A stretch of 64,000 bases of DNA, taken from the NCBI GenBank assembly GCA_002269645.1, contig NIVC01002556.1, positions 62,001-126,000 of the forward strand. Reading direction: 5' to 3'. Numbering within the stretch: the first letter of the stretch is position 1; every line of letters begins with the position of its first letter. Below, piece by piece: positions 48,378 through 60,372 of this stretch. This DNA is from Macrostomum lignano (lineage: Eukaryota). The position numbers and the translations under genes are program-made. Under the pieces are notes generated by a model that saw only the letters and a list, made by a program, of their open reading frames with translations, made no database searches and had not been told where the DNA came from.

Positions 48378-51300
48378 GGGTCGTTCTCAAAGCTAGGTCA
48401 CAACTTTTTGTTATTGCAAAAAAAGTTTATACATCGACCAATAATCGTACAAAAAAAATTCTTTCGACAATTTCTGTAAGAAGCTGCTACTAAAACCACA
48501 AGAAAACTTGAAATTGAGAAGAAATCAAGGCTATTTGTTATTCTTTGTTGCGGAAAATAAACGACAAAAATATTAAAGAGAAAATAAAATTTTCTTCCAT
48601 TTTTATTTTAAATATGCAGTTCAATTTCTTTTGCAAAAATAAAAGAACAAGAAATTGACAAAGGAAATGTTTTTGAGCACAGCATTTTGTTACTCTGCTC
48701 TAAATCCCAGACATTTAAAATTATCGTGTGCGAAAAAGTGCGAAATTATTATAACATGCACTCGAAAGAACTTCGATCAGTTTAACTAATCACTGAATTA
48801 AGAAGTCTAAATAAGTCTTGAAAGGTTGAATTAAAAATCAAGTTTTCACTATGTATCTTTTCAAAGGCAAGATGATTCGACAAATAAAGAATGTTCATTT
48901 TTACCTTGAATAGAATTGTTCATTTTTACATTAAATATAATAAAATCTTACTAATAATAGAAAAAGTCAGGGAACTATCCTTGAACACCAAAAAGCACAT
49001 TGTGGATTTAATATCGACTGCATGTTCCTTAATAAAGGAATTCGGATACTAGTATATATTTGATTATTTGTAGCATAATTTCTGAAAACTATAACTTGCT
49101 TGATTTTACTTTAAGTACTCATTACATTAATACTTATACCAAAGCTACATGTACTTAAAATAAAAAATTATAGTTACTTATTAGACATTTTACTCCAATT
49201 AACTTAAAATAATTCAAATTTATTTTAATTAATTCATTTTTTGAAACTTTTTGGAAAATAGACAAAATTGAATTATTTAATTACCAAAAACCTACTAGCT
49301 TAACTAAAATAGCAATTAGTCTTTAAGAAAAGATTTCACTTGTTAATTGAGAAAAATGAGGATTGCGAGGTGTAAAAATGCGAAAGAGCATGCAGGAAAC
49401 AGAGACAAACAAAAATGTAGGTAAAAGACACTGCACATGCACATAATATGATAACCAGACATAATGCGCACACTGAAACACCAGTAGCAATGACGCCCAA
49501 GCTTTTGATGATCACAAGCGAAAAGGCAAAACCCAGCCATCAATCAAAGAAGTAGACTTTAGCACGCATCTTGAGTGCATCACGCATTTTTTGCAGAGAA
49601 GCTCGAAAATTAACATTGTATTCTGTGCACAACCACCAACTGCGACAGGGTCTGCCGGGGGATTTGTGGGCACGCGGTCGCGGATACAAATCGGAGGAGT
49701 CGCTGACCATTCTGAAATTACAAGCTATATAGTACATGTAATTTTGTGTATTAATATATTTAGCCCGCTTTATTTCTATGCTCTCGTCCGCCTCTCGTTA
49801 ATGCATCCCCAGACTCATGCAATAATCAAACTTATGATCGAACTATGCATGGCTTCCGTCCCTCGCTTTGAATCTCTCACCTCCCCATAGTTCCATCAAC
49901 CTTACCGTAGTGGCTTCCTATGCAAAAATCATCCCTCCGCATCTTACACAGGCTACTTCAGGCTGTAGACTGTACTACACTATTAATTAGTTGCGCTAAG
50001 GAATCTACATGTATTTGCTCGCAGCGCAGCGCGCTGCTCAAATAAGGTTAGATCCATCTAGATATTCTAGTAATTTCAGGTTTGTCCATAGACTAGAGCT
50101 CATGAGATGAGAATTCCATTAACTAGTACATTTAATATGAATGAACTGCGTGTGTGTGTGCTGTGCATACAATGTATAATATACGAGTAGTTTATGGGCC
50201 AAATTATTGTGTGGCACAATTCTTGGCATCACTCAGCAGGCACAAGATGCAGTTAAGCAGCGCACGAAAATTCTACAAAAGAAATTGAGCCTGGTTGAGG
50301 TGATGCGAGGAGGCAGATCCACACAATCTCAGTGAATACACCAGACTGCACCAGATACGAGTCCAGTCGAATGTGCGCACTGGTCTAAGCAGCACACGCA
50401 TGTCCTCCTGACAATGACGGCACCTAGCTTCGTCCAAGCCTTTGCCAGCGTCACTGACAGACAGCGTCAATACTACCATGCAGTGCCACCTGCAGCACCG
50501 ACAACGGCAATTCCTCCAGTTAGCCCACAACAGTGGCTAAACTGAGGGACAGGGAACCTACCCGCAGAAGACACACACATACACACACAGCACCGGCAGC
50601 AGCACTCTGACAGCATAACCTAAAGCTCCATGAGCTCAGTTTTCAAGCATTGAAGAAGCAGAAGCAGTCATCTTGAATCCAGGGATCAGGAAGAGTGTTG
50701 CATGTCCGACATGTGCTGTTTCCGTGGCAAAAGGTGATGGAGCAAATTAATCAACACTTACTATCTAGCTCGTATTAAGACTAAAAAACTGAGGCAAGCT
50801 GGGATTAAACCAAGGAAAATTTTTTACTATACTTTTTTACCATATCACTTGTTAATTTGTAAATTGTAAATAATTGCAATTGTTAATTGTAAATAGTGGT
50901 TACTTTTATAGTATAGTAGAGAGGTACTCTATTTAAATGCAGTAAGAAGTGAAACAAATTTATATATTTAATTATTAAATTAAATTAATTCAAGGTAAAT
51001 AACTAATTTAACCAATTTATTAGGAGTATTTAATATTATAATAAATTGATTTTTATACCTTACACGGAATAAGCTCTACATTCATTTCTTAGCTTGGGGC
51101 CCATCTGTATAAGGTCAGTTTCTTCAAAATGCTGATTAATTAATTAAGGCCTGTTGTCTTTACTTAAATTTATAAGGGCATCTTAGAAGTTAATATTACT
51201 ATATAATAACATGTATAATATTATTACTATATTATAATAATATAGTTGCAATTTTAATGACTATTGAATAAGTCTAAATGCTTCCCCTATTAACTTTAAA

Positions 51301-52227
51301 TATATGGTATCTTTCCCTTCAGAAAAAATTAGCATAGAATGACTTGATGAAAACAAAAAAAAATCATTTCGAGATACACATTTGCTGATCATTCAGGTCA
51401 AATTTCAAGGTCCAGTTTTGCAAATGTTTCTCTGTAGCTTGGTTACAAGGATTCTAATAAAAATATAATAAATATGTCCAATGAACTAACTGATACATAG
51501 CCAAATTGAAGTATTTTCAAAAACAAAAAAAATCATTTGCTCAGTTTACTTTACTGGATATCTGTGTAAAATTTCAGCTCAAAAGGTGCTCCATGGAGAA
51601 TGCTAGTGTGGTTACAGGATATTTATTTTGTGCTTCAAAGTAGGAGTTTATTGCGATGCATGGTTGCTTTTAATTATTTTTATCAACAATAGTGCTCTAT
51701 TTAATAACAATTTTTTACAAAAAGATAATAAGACATGTTTTTCTAATTATCTGCATCAAAATGTATCATTTTAAGCGCACATTCTAGACGTCAGCTGAAA
51801 AATACATTTTGTGAGATGAGAAGAGGCTATCCCACCGGAAATGCTAGGCGTACAGTTAAGCGTCTATAAAATAATTTATAGTGCAGTTTATTAAGCTTTA
51901 AAAAATCTTAAATTAAATTTATATAAGCTTTCATTTTAAATGTAATATAGCAAGGTTTCAACACAACAACAACTTTTTTTAGCTACAGACATCTTGTAGT
52001 ATCAAAAATTAACATCGGTGAAATGATTGAATTTAATTTTTTTCATCGCTAATTATCGCTTAATACCGCCAGATGATTAAAAACACTTTTGCATGATAAA
52101 GTTCAACCCAAAAATTATCTTTATTCACAGATAAAAGTGTCCTATTATTTTCAATATGGCAGTAACAATAGTAAATGTTCGGAAAATTGTTAAAATTTTT
52201 GCTCCTCCTAGAATTTGCGAACGACCC
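48378..52227. mobile_element. 3.85-kb non-autonomous DNA transposon, possibly Sola2-like, right arm only
   Basis: TIR GGGTCGTTC(T/G)CAAA; 4-bp TSD CGCC at 48374-48377 and 52228-52231; empty site at left 11918-11921. Superfamily assignment is tentative. Confidence 0.8.
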
Positions 52228-53379
52228 CGCCGCTCCGCTTTCAGTCAGTCCGGCACATTTGAATTTTTAAAGCAACAAACAAACGTTTCAGTATTTTTTA
52301 AAATTTACTGTGTAATATCAGTCATCTATGCTAAAAAAGGTCTGTAAAGAGCAAAATAAACAGAATTAGAGTTTCTTTTGCAAATAAAGAGAGAAACTTT
52401 TGTTTTTTTAAACTTCGTAAAAAGCAATTATTTAGCAATTACTTTAAAAACAAGTTCTATTATTATTTATTATTGCACTTCGAAAAGTTCTAATTGAGAA
52501 AGCGTGCTTCTGGAAAGTTTCCTTTTTTGAAATTTAGAGTTCTAGTAAGAAAAAAACAAGTATAATTTAAAGGCAATGTCGTAAGATGGAACGACGCGTC
52601 AGTGTACTTCTTCGGTTTGAGGTTATCTTATGACTATGTCGTTATGATGGCTATGTCGACGTTATGTATGCATTTATTTAATTTATTTTAACTAGTAGGG
52701 CTTATATAGTGTAAACATTTTTTTAGATATGAAGCTTTGTACCAGGCTGTAAAAGTAAATTGTAATGTTATATATACATTTGTAACAATATGGATTTTTG
52801 GTAGCCCTTTGTTTGACAAAATAAACTGCACCTTGTCCTTGCTTAGGCCTAGTGGATTTTTGGAAAATTAAAATGGATCTGCTAATGGTCTGTGTTTTAA
52901 ATTGTTACTATTATTGTATTACATTGCTTATTGCTTTTAGTATTGGTAGTAGTCAATTAGGCTTATTTCCAATAGCCTAGAAGTTGGCCTTTCTAGTTAA
53001 ATTTTAAAGGACATATTTTAGATAGGCTACCAATCAGTAATCACTTTGGTAACAGAACATTTTGGCAGCAATTTTAGGCAAGTTTGGCAAATCTCCAAAT
53101 ATATAAATTATAGATTTAGCAAAAAATGTAGTTGTCACTTGGTTGCTTTAAATTTGAAATAAATTTCTATGTTGCAAATCAAAAACATTTGTTCATTATT
53201 AAATAATTGCATAAATATTTGTTTAAAAGGTGGTTGAAGCAGAAAAATTTTGTTAAAAGGTTAGACAATTATTTCAAATATATGTTGTCAATTGGCTCTT
53301 TATCAAATAGAGCCCAACTGGGATTAGAAAAATCTTGTTGGGCAAGATTGGATGGGATTGAATTTAGTGATAGATCCAA

Positions 53380-55120
53380 ATGTGAGGGTTTCCCGACAGA
53401 TATTCAGACAGATATTCAAAATGATCATCTACTACTTTTAACAAAATGGACCAAACGGAAACATATTTTTGGCAGATGTTTACGCATGTGTTTGCAATCA
53501 AATGAGCCCAAATTTGTTTTATAAAATAAAAAAACTTTACAAAGTGCATTGTTTCAAAGATTGCTTGGCAACACCCTGATTCAGCATCTCTTCAACGTTT
53601 TCTGAAAATGATTCAATTTTTACATCCCATAAATGTGCCCCGTATCCCAAAAAGACATTGGACTAACTCTTATGCATGTTTCAGCTATAAAATGCCGCAT
53701 CACGCGTCTAATAAAATACTTTAATTCTTGAATTATTTTCTTTTAAAGTGTGCTTGGCAATTTGCTTTTTTGAAGGCAAGTCAAGAAACAGCACATATTT
53801 GCTGATGTCAGAACTCCATTTCGCTCTCAAATTAAATGAATTTATAGTTCCATTCTTACGCACATCCCAGCTTTAGAATGACACCATTGAAGCTGAAAAA
53901 GAAACAGTATTTCCTGAGATATTCGACTCTAAAAAGTGCTTTGCTTTTGAGTCAATAACGCTTGACGTTTTATGTCGAAATATACACCAAGAAATTGTGA
54001 CACCATTTTTTGCTTATGAAATATAAAACTTAACTCACTCTTTTACGCATGTCCCAGCTTTAAAATGACACCTCAGGCGTCGCCAAAGACGCCACCGTTC
54101 GTGAGATATTCAACTCTAAACATTGCTCAGCGTGTACAGACATTCACCTTATAAATCAAATGTACTCCCAATCTTTGTGCACGTGCTCCACCTGTGTTTT
54201 TCAGTCAATTCCGATGAAATTTAACTTGCTCTTTTATGCACGTCCCAGCTTTAAAATGACACCTCAGGCGTTGCCAAAGACACCACCATTTGTGAGATAT
54301 TCAACTCGAAACATTGCTCGGCGTGTACAGACATTCACCTTGAGAAGTCAATTGCAGTCAATCTTGGCGAAACTTTAATGAAGATATTTGATTCGAAACA
54401 TTGCTCGCCGTTTAGTTTGAGCCATTATAAACTTTTGACCAAAACAGTAAATTCTATTTTTCGATTTTTTGAATGGAGGCGAATCACCTGAATGATTGAT
54501 AATTTTCGACAGTAAACATAATAATATTATTACATAACATTATAACATATTAATAATACGAGCGACAGTGTCACATCATTATTCACTGACTTCCACTTAA
54601 ATTTTGGCATACCTGCAATTAAAAGGGCTTTTAATAAATGATGCAGTTTTGTTTCGTAAGCAAAAAATGGTGTCACAATTTCTTGGCATATATTTCGACA
54701 TAAAACGTCAAGCGTTATTGATTCAAAAGCAAAGCACACTTTAGAGTCGAATATCTCAGGAAATACTGTTTCTTTTTCAGCTTCAATGGTGTCATTCTAA
54801 AGCTGGGATGTGCGTAAGAATGGAACTATAAATTCATTTAATTTGAGAGCGAAATGGAGTTCTGACATCAGCAAATATGTGCTATTTCTTGACTTGCCTT
54901 CAAAAAAGCAAATTGCCAAGCACACTTTAAAAGAAAATAATTCAAGAATTAAAGTATTTTATTAGACACGTTATTTTATAAAACAAATTTGGGCTCATTT
55001 GATTGCAAACACATGCGTAAACATCTGCCAAAAATATGTTTCCGTTTGGTCCATTTTGTTAAAAGTAGTAGATGATCGTTTTGAATATCTGTCTGAATAT
55101 CTGTTGAGAAACCCTCACAT
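53380..55120. mobile_element. Foldback (Mutator-like) element with ~480-bp TIRs and 9-bp TSD
   Basis: ATGTGAGGGTTT...AAACCCTCACAT; TSD TAGATCCAA at 53371-53379 and 55121-55129; 53380-54022 pairs with 54652-55120, apart from a ~176-bp insert in the left TIR. Confidence 0.8.
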
Positions 55121-55729
55121 TAGATCCAATTATTTGGATTTAGAATCTGAATCCAAAAAAAGTCTCTCTTTTTAAGAAATCCAAATGTTTTAGATTTGGA
55201 AATTCTGTTTTTTTCTATTTCCTATTTTCTATTTCTATTTCTATTTGGAAATTCTATTTCCAAATTTCCAAATGTGCTTCCAAATATGAAAAAATCAATA
55301 AAACAAAAAATTATGCAAAGATAAAAGAAATACAACTTTTGAAAAAAGAAAGTAAATTAAAAAATAAGAAAGCAAAATTTAATTTCATATTGTTCATTTT
55401 TACAATTGTTTTTTTGCAATAACATATATTTTTAGTGTTATTAAGTAAAATTAATCAACTTTAGGACCTTTGAGGCATTCAATCTACGCTTGTAAAGTCA
55501 CAGAAACATTTCTAGATAATCATTATTTAAGTGTAATAATTACTTTGTTTTTTTCAAAGTGCAAATATGGCGGATTTTATGTCTACTATACACAGTAAAG
55601 TTATCAAATTGCATAAATGTAATATGAGTTAATATTAATAATTAGAATCAGTTAGATTAGATACTTGTATATAACAATTAAGTTCAATTCTAAGTTCAAT
55701 TCAATTTAGATACTAGATAGATATAACAA

Positions 55730-56005
55730 GTATAACTTTATCCATCAACTTTTCTGTCAACTTTTCCGTTAACCTTTCTGTCAAGTATTCCATCAAATTT
55801 TCTGTCAACTTTTCCATTAACTATTCCATCAAGTACTCCATCAACTTTTCCATTAATTATTCCATCAACTTTTCCGTTAACTTTTCTGTTAAGTATTCTG
55901 TTAAATTTTTCCATTAACTCTTCTGTCAACATTTCCATTTACTACTCCATTAACTTTTCCACCAAATATCTCATCACTTTTCCATTAACTATTTTCATTA
56001 ACTAT
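55730..56005. repeat. Degenerate 12-bp tandem array
   Basis: Units such as aacttttctgtc / aacttttccgtt / aagtattccatc; inverted partner at ~57150-57320. Confidence 0.8.
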
Positions 56006-56153
56006 TGTGGTAATGCTATACAAAAATGGGATAAATAGAATACAACAAGGTATTCATTCTATGCTAGACTATTTGCTTTATTTAGTTTTAATAAGTAAAT
56101 ATCTATTGGACATAGGTCAGGCTACAATGACAGCTAAAGCATTCAGCATATAA

Positions 56154-56354
56154 CATGGGTAGCAAGAGCTTGTGGCACCGGGGGCACATGCCCCCCCCCC
56201 AGAAAATAAGTCCATGCGGTAATTTTTAATGCTTTTTCTAATTTTAGGCCCTATTTAGCAGTTATAAAGGTACCTATGTGGGCTGTGCCTGTCGTCACCC
56301 CCTTGCCCTGTGCCTAGTGCCCCCCCCCTAAAATATTAGGCTCTGCCACCCCTG
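56154..56354. mobile_element. Old hAT-like MITE remnant
   Basis: Imperfect TIR CATGGGTAGCAAGAG / CTCTGCCACCCCTG; imperfect 8-bp flanks GCATATAA / GCATTTAG. Confidence 0.35.
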
Positions 56355-57149
56355 GCATTTAGCATCTATCTTCCTGTCTGGCTGTCCTTAAGCTAATAGT
56401 AGACTCAAAGATCCCACCACACCTATTACAAATTACTACCAATAGGAAATGAATGAAATATATAGGTATAGGCTTATTATTATCTATTTAGACATTTAGA
56501 GCTATGGCGATCTTGGTATGTGCGTGGCCATCTTAGGGCCTTTTCATATTGCTTGTTCTAGTTCCAGAACTAGAACCAATTTGTGAAGTATAACTTTTTG
56601 TCTCCATAACTAGAGGGAGATACGTGCTATAATTTTTTTATTATTGAAATGACAATCGCCAAGAAGAAAGTGAAAAATTGTGCTAAGTGAGGTTGTTAAG
56701 GCAGTCAAACATTCAACAGAATTAAATAGTTATATTGCTATTTTTCTTGGAAGATCTGAACCAATTCTGATTCTGGAATTGGTAATATGAAAAACCTATT
56801 AGTCATGCGCCACATGCAGTATGTAAAGTGACATGTCATACATAGGCCCTACAACTTATCCAATATTTAATTTAAGTGAAAAAGCAATATAGAAAAATGA
56901 AAAAAGACGCTTAGGATGCAAAAATGTTATTGAATATACTTTAACACTTATTTACTGAGACCATAGTATGCCAATGTCAAGTAAGTCCATTTTAATACAT
57001 GCATGTACACCTATGTATTTGTTTGTATAAAAGCCAAAAATGCCCAATAAATTTAAAATAATACAAATTTGAACTAAATTAACAATATTAATAATGTTAC
57101 TTTAGTCACTTCCAAAGACTTAAATATGAAATACTACTATAGAATAAAT

Positions 57150-57320
57150 AATAGTTTATGGAATAGTTAATGTAAAACTTGATGGAAAAGTTAAGGGAAA
57201 ATTTAACGGAATAGTTGACGGAATAGTTGACAGAAAAGTTGATAGAATACTTGACAGAAAAGTTGACAGAATAGTTGATGGAATACTTGATGGAAAAGTT
57301 AACGGAAAAGTTGATGGCCA
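57150..57320. repeat. Degenerate 12-bp tandem array, inverted relative to 55730-56005
   Basis: Units gatggaaaagtt / aacggaatagtt / gacagaaaagtt. Confidence 0.8.
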
Positions 57321-57402
57321 AAGTTATACTCGTTAGATATAGTATAAGCCCAAGCTAGATTGAATTGTGTCAGTAAATTCATGTATAGCAGTAATAACAA
57401 TT

Positions 57403-57466
57403 ACTAATTAGATGACAAGGCATTTTTTGTCACTAAAAAGGGTCATAGTTACTCCCCCTGTTTACC
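57403..57466 (-). other. 28S rRNA H69-H71-like segment outside the MITE context
   Basis: Minus strand GGTAAACAGGGGGAGTAACTATGAC...AAATGCCTTGTCATCTAATTAGT versus the conserved LSU sequence. Confidence 0.75.
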
Positions 57467-58329
57467 TTTTACTTTTTTTAAATTTGGAAACATTTGGATA
57501 TTTGGATTTAGATTTTTTTGTACATTTGGATTCAGTTTTGGAAATTTGCACAAATCTACATTAGGTCCATCACTAATTGAATTTATAAAAGTTGGGACTC
57601 AGGATTGGTCAAGATTGGGATCAAGGTCTACCATTGGCATCTAGGCTTATTTAGATATAGGATAGCTAAGGATGCATTTATTATAATATAAGCATATGTA
57701 TTAGTCTTAATAGTCAAGTCACCCCAAGTGATATTACTACTACTATAGGCCCTATTTTATTACTATAACTTGTAGTTTAGTATAAGTTATTACTATTAGA
57801 GTATAGAGCCCAGGTGCGAAAAATTGGGTGACAGATGGTTTTTATAATAAGGGCTAGGTCTATTAATTCATTTTTATTGGGAACCAAATTCAAATTTGCA
57901 CATTTTAAGTCTATAGGATTAGGCTCAAATTCCAAGCATGATATTTTGCACCTAATAGTCAAGTATAGGCCTTTTGTCTAGAATCCTAGACACTATGCCT
58001 TTTTTGAGGCAAAAGGTGGCATGATCCACCTATCTTTATCTCTTTGATTATCGACTGTTTTGCAAAATTCAGTTTGTTCTTGCACTTCATGGTAAGCCTA
58101 GAATCAATTTGTGTGCATTTTAGACATGATGGGTCTAACAAAGTGTCAGAAGCATTATGTTATAACTTCATACCCTTTCCACGAAGTAAATAAATGATAT
58201 GGCCTATATAGTGATCGCAATAAAGAGAAAGAGATATATCCATGCTTTGCATGCAGCATCCTGTTCATACTTCTATTGCTCAATTTTGATATTTATTTTT
58301 AGAAAGAGCAAATGGAAAGGAAGAAGTGG

Positions 58330-59120
58330 ATGGAGAAAAAGAGGCGGATGCAGAGGAAGGGGCAGATGCAGAGGAAGGGTGGATGCAGAAGAAGGGTAGA
58401 TGCAGAGGAAGGGTCAGATGCAGAGGAAGGGATGGATGCAGAAGAAAGGACAGATGCAGAGGAAGGGGCAGATGCAGAGGAAGGGGTAGATGCAGGAAAA
58501 GGGACAGATGCAGAGGAAAGGGCAGATGCAGAGGAAGGGGTGGATGCAGAAGAAGGGGTAGATACAGAGGAAAGGATAGATGCAGAAGAAGGCACGGATA
58601 AAGAGGAAGGGATGGATGCAGAAGGGGTAGATGCAGAGGAAGTAATGGATGCAGAGGAAGGGATAGATGCAGAAGAAGGGACAGATGCAGAGGAAGGGAT
58701 GGATGCAGAGGAAGGGGCAGATGCAGAGGAAAGGATGGATGCAGAGGAAGGGGCAGATGCAGAGGAAGGGGTGGATGCAGAAGAAGGGATAGATACAGAG
58801 AAAGGGTTAGATGCAGAAGAAGGCACGGATAAAGAGGAAGGGATGGATGCAGAAGGGGTGGATGCAGAGGAAGGGATGGATGCAGAGGAAGGGGCAGATG
58901 CAGAGGAAGGGATGGATGCAGAGGAAGGGGTGGATGCAGAAGAAGGGGTAGATACAGAGGAAGGGTTAGATGCAGAAAAAGGCACGGATAAAGAGGAAGG
59001 GATGGATGCAGAAGGGGTGGATGCAGAGGAAGGGATGGATGCAGAGGAAGGGGCAGATGAAGAGGAAAGGATGGATGCAGAGGAAGGGACGGATGCAGAG
59101 GAAGGGGCGGATGCAAAGGA
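58330..59120. repeat. 18-bp purine-rich minisatellite (~44 copies)
   Basis: Unit gatgcagaggaaggg(gca/atg/gtg/gta). Confidence 0.95.
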
Positions 59121-60372
59121 GTAGATAGGGAGAAAGGAGAAATAGAGAATTATTAGAGATATAGCTATTTAGCATTATTACAGCTATCTAGCTTTATAAA
59201 ATAAAACTAGCTTTTTGATAATTTGACACTAAACACTATAATAATGAAATTTAGCTAATCAATTAATATACTTAGTAGTATCCATTTATTAGACTTATAT
59301 TCTAATAGAAATATGTATGCATATATATAAAAATTGATATAGGTGCAGTCAATAAATGCCTAAATTCACATAAAAAAAACAATTTAAAACTTTAGTACCT
59401 ACTATCCAATCACAATGTGGACATGAAATTAAAAATATCTATTGCTTAAGTCCTAAATTCCAAGGACTTAAAAGTTCTTCTAACTTTGAAAAAATAATAT
59501 TCATTGATTTTTACTAATCTATTGCCAATAACTCAATGGTCCCAATGGTCTTTTAAGTCTCAAGTGAGTGGTATTACTAGATATGAAAACTAGATATAAG
59601 AAATATGTTTTTGTTTCTATCAATATATATATATATATGCTTTGCTAAAAAACCTCAATATCTGTAACTTCTTGCAGCCATATTCCATATCTGTAGCTAA
59701 GCAGAACACTTTGTCAAGACCACTTGCTACTTTGTTGCTTTAATAGAACTCTAAAGCTCTTAAAGCAACCTGCATGATAAAGGGCTAATTACAAAGTATT
59801 TAAGTATGCATTTTGTTTGCCTATCTTTTTATATAATTGCTTTTTCCTATATATATCTACTGTAAGTATTATCTATACCATACTGGTGCTAACTAAGTAT
59901 TTTGACATTTTGTAATAGCTATATATACATGATAAGAAAAGGTATAAAAAGAGATATAAAAGAGAGATTAGAATATTATCCTAACTATAAAATAAAGCTA
60001 TATAAAATATTGCTTACATACAACATTAATGTAATTACTGATAAAAATAAGTCAATTATTAATTTGAACATAGAGTCATAGAATATCAATATGTTATTTA
60101 TATTATAACATTCTAGTATTCTTAATAACTAGTATTTAATAATTATTAGTATTCTCAGTTTTCAGGTATGTTTTGCTTTGTATCTTATTTTAAATGCACA
60201 ATCTGATTTCATGCTGTCTTCGTTGCTCCTTTCTGGCTTCGGAAGTGTAGACCAAAAAAATAATCCTTGCAAGTAAAAATTGCTGTTTTTTTCTTCAACT
60301 CTGTTCGCCATTTTTCATTATTGAGGACACTGACTTCTGCCTGATCTCCAGGGCGGAACCGCTGTTAATGCA

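Noticed and set aside
49340-50750. Transposase ORF inside the 3.85-kb insertion
   Set aside because: Only short ORFs without DDE or other recognisable motifs were seen.
58280-59175. Acidic DAEEG-repeat ORF (270 aa) and His/Pro/Leu antisense ORFs, also at 7226-7862
   Set aside because: They are translations of the 18-bp minisatellite; no domain, and length and start are not conserved between arms.
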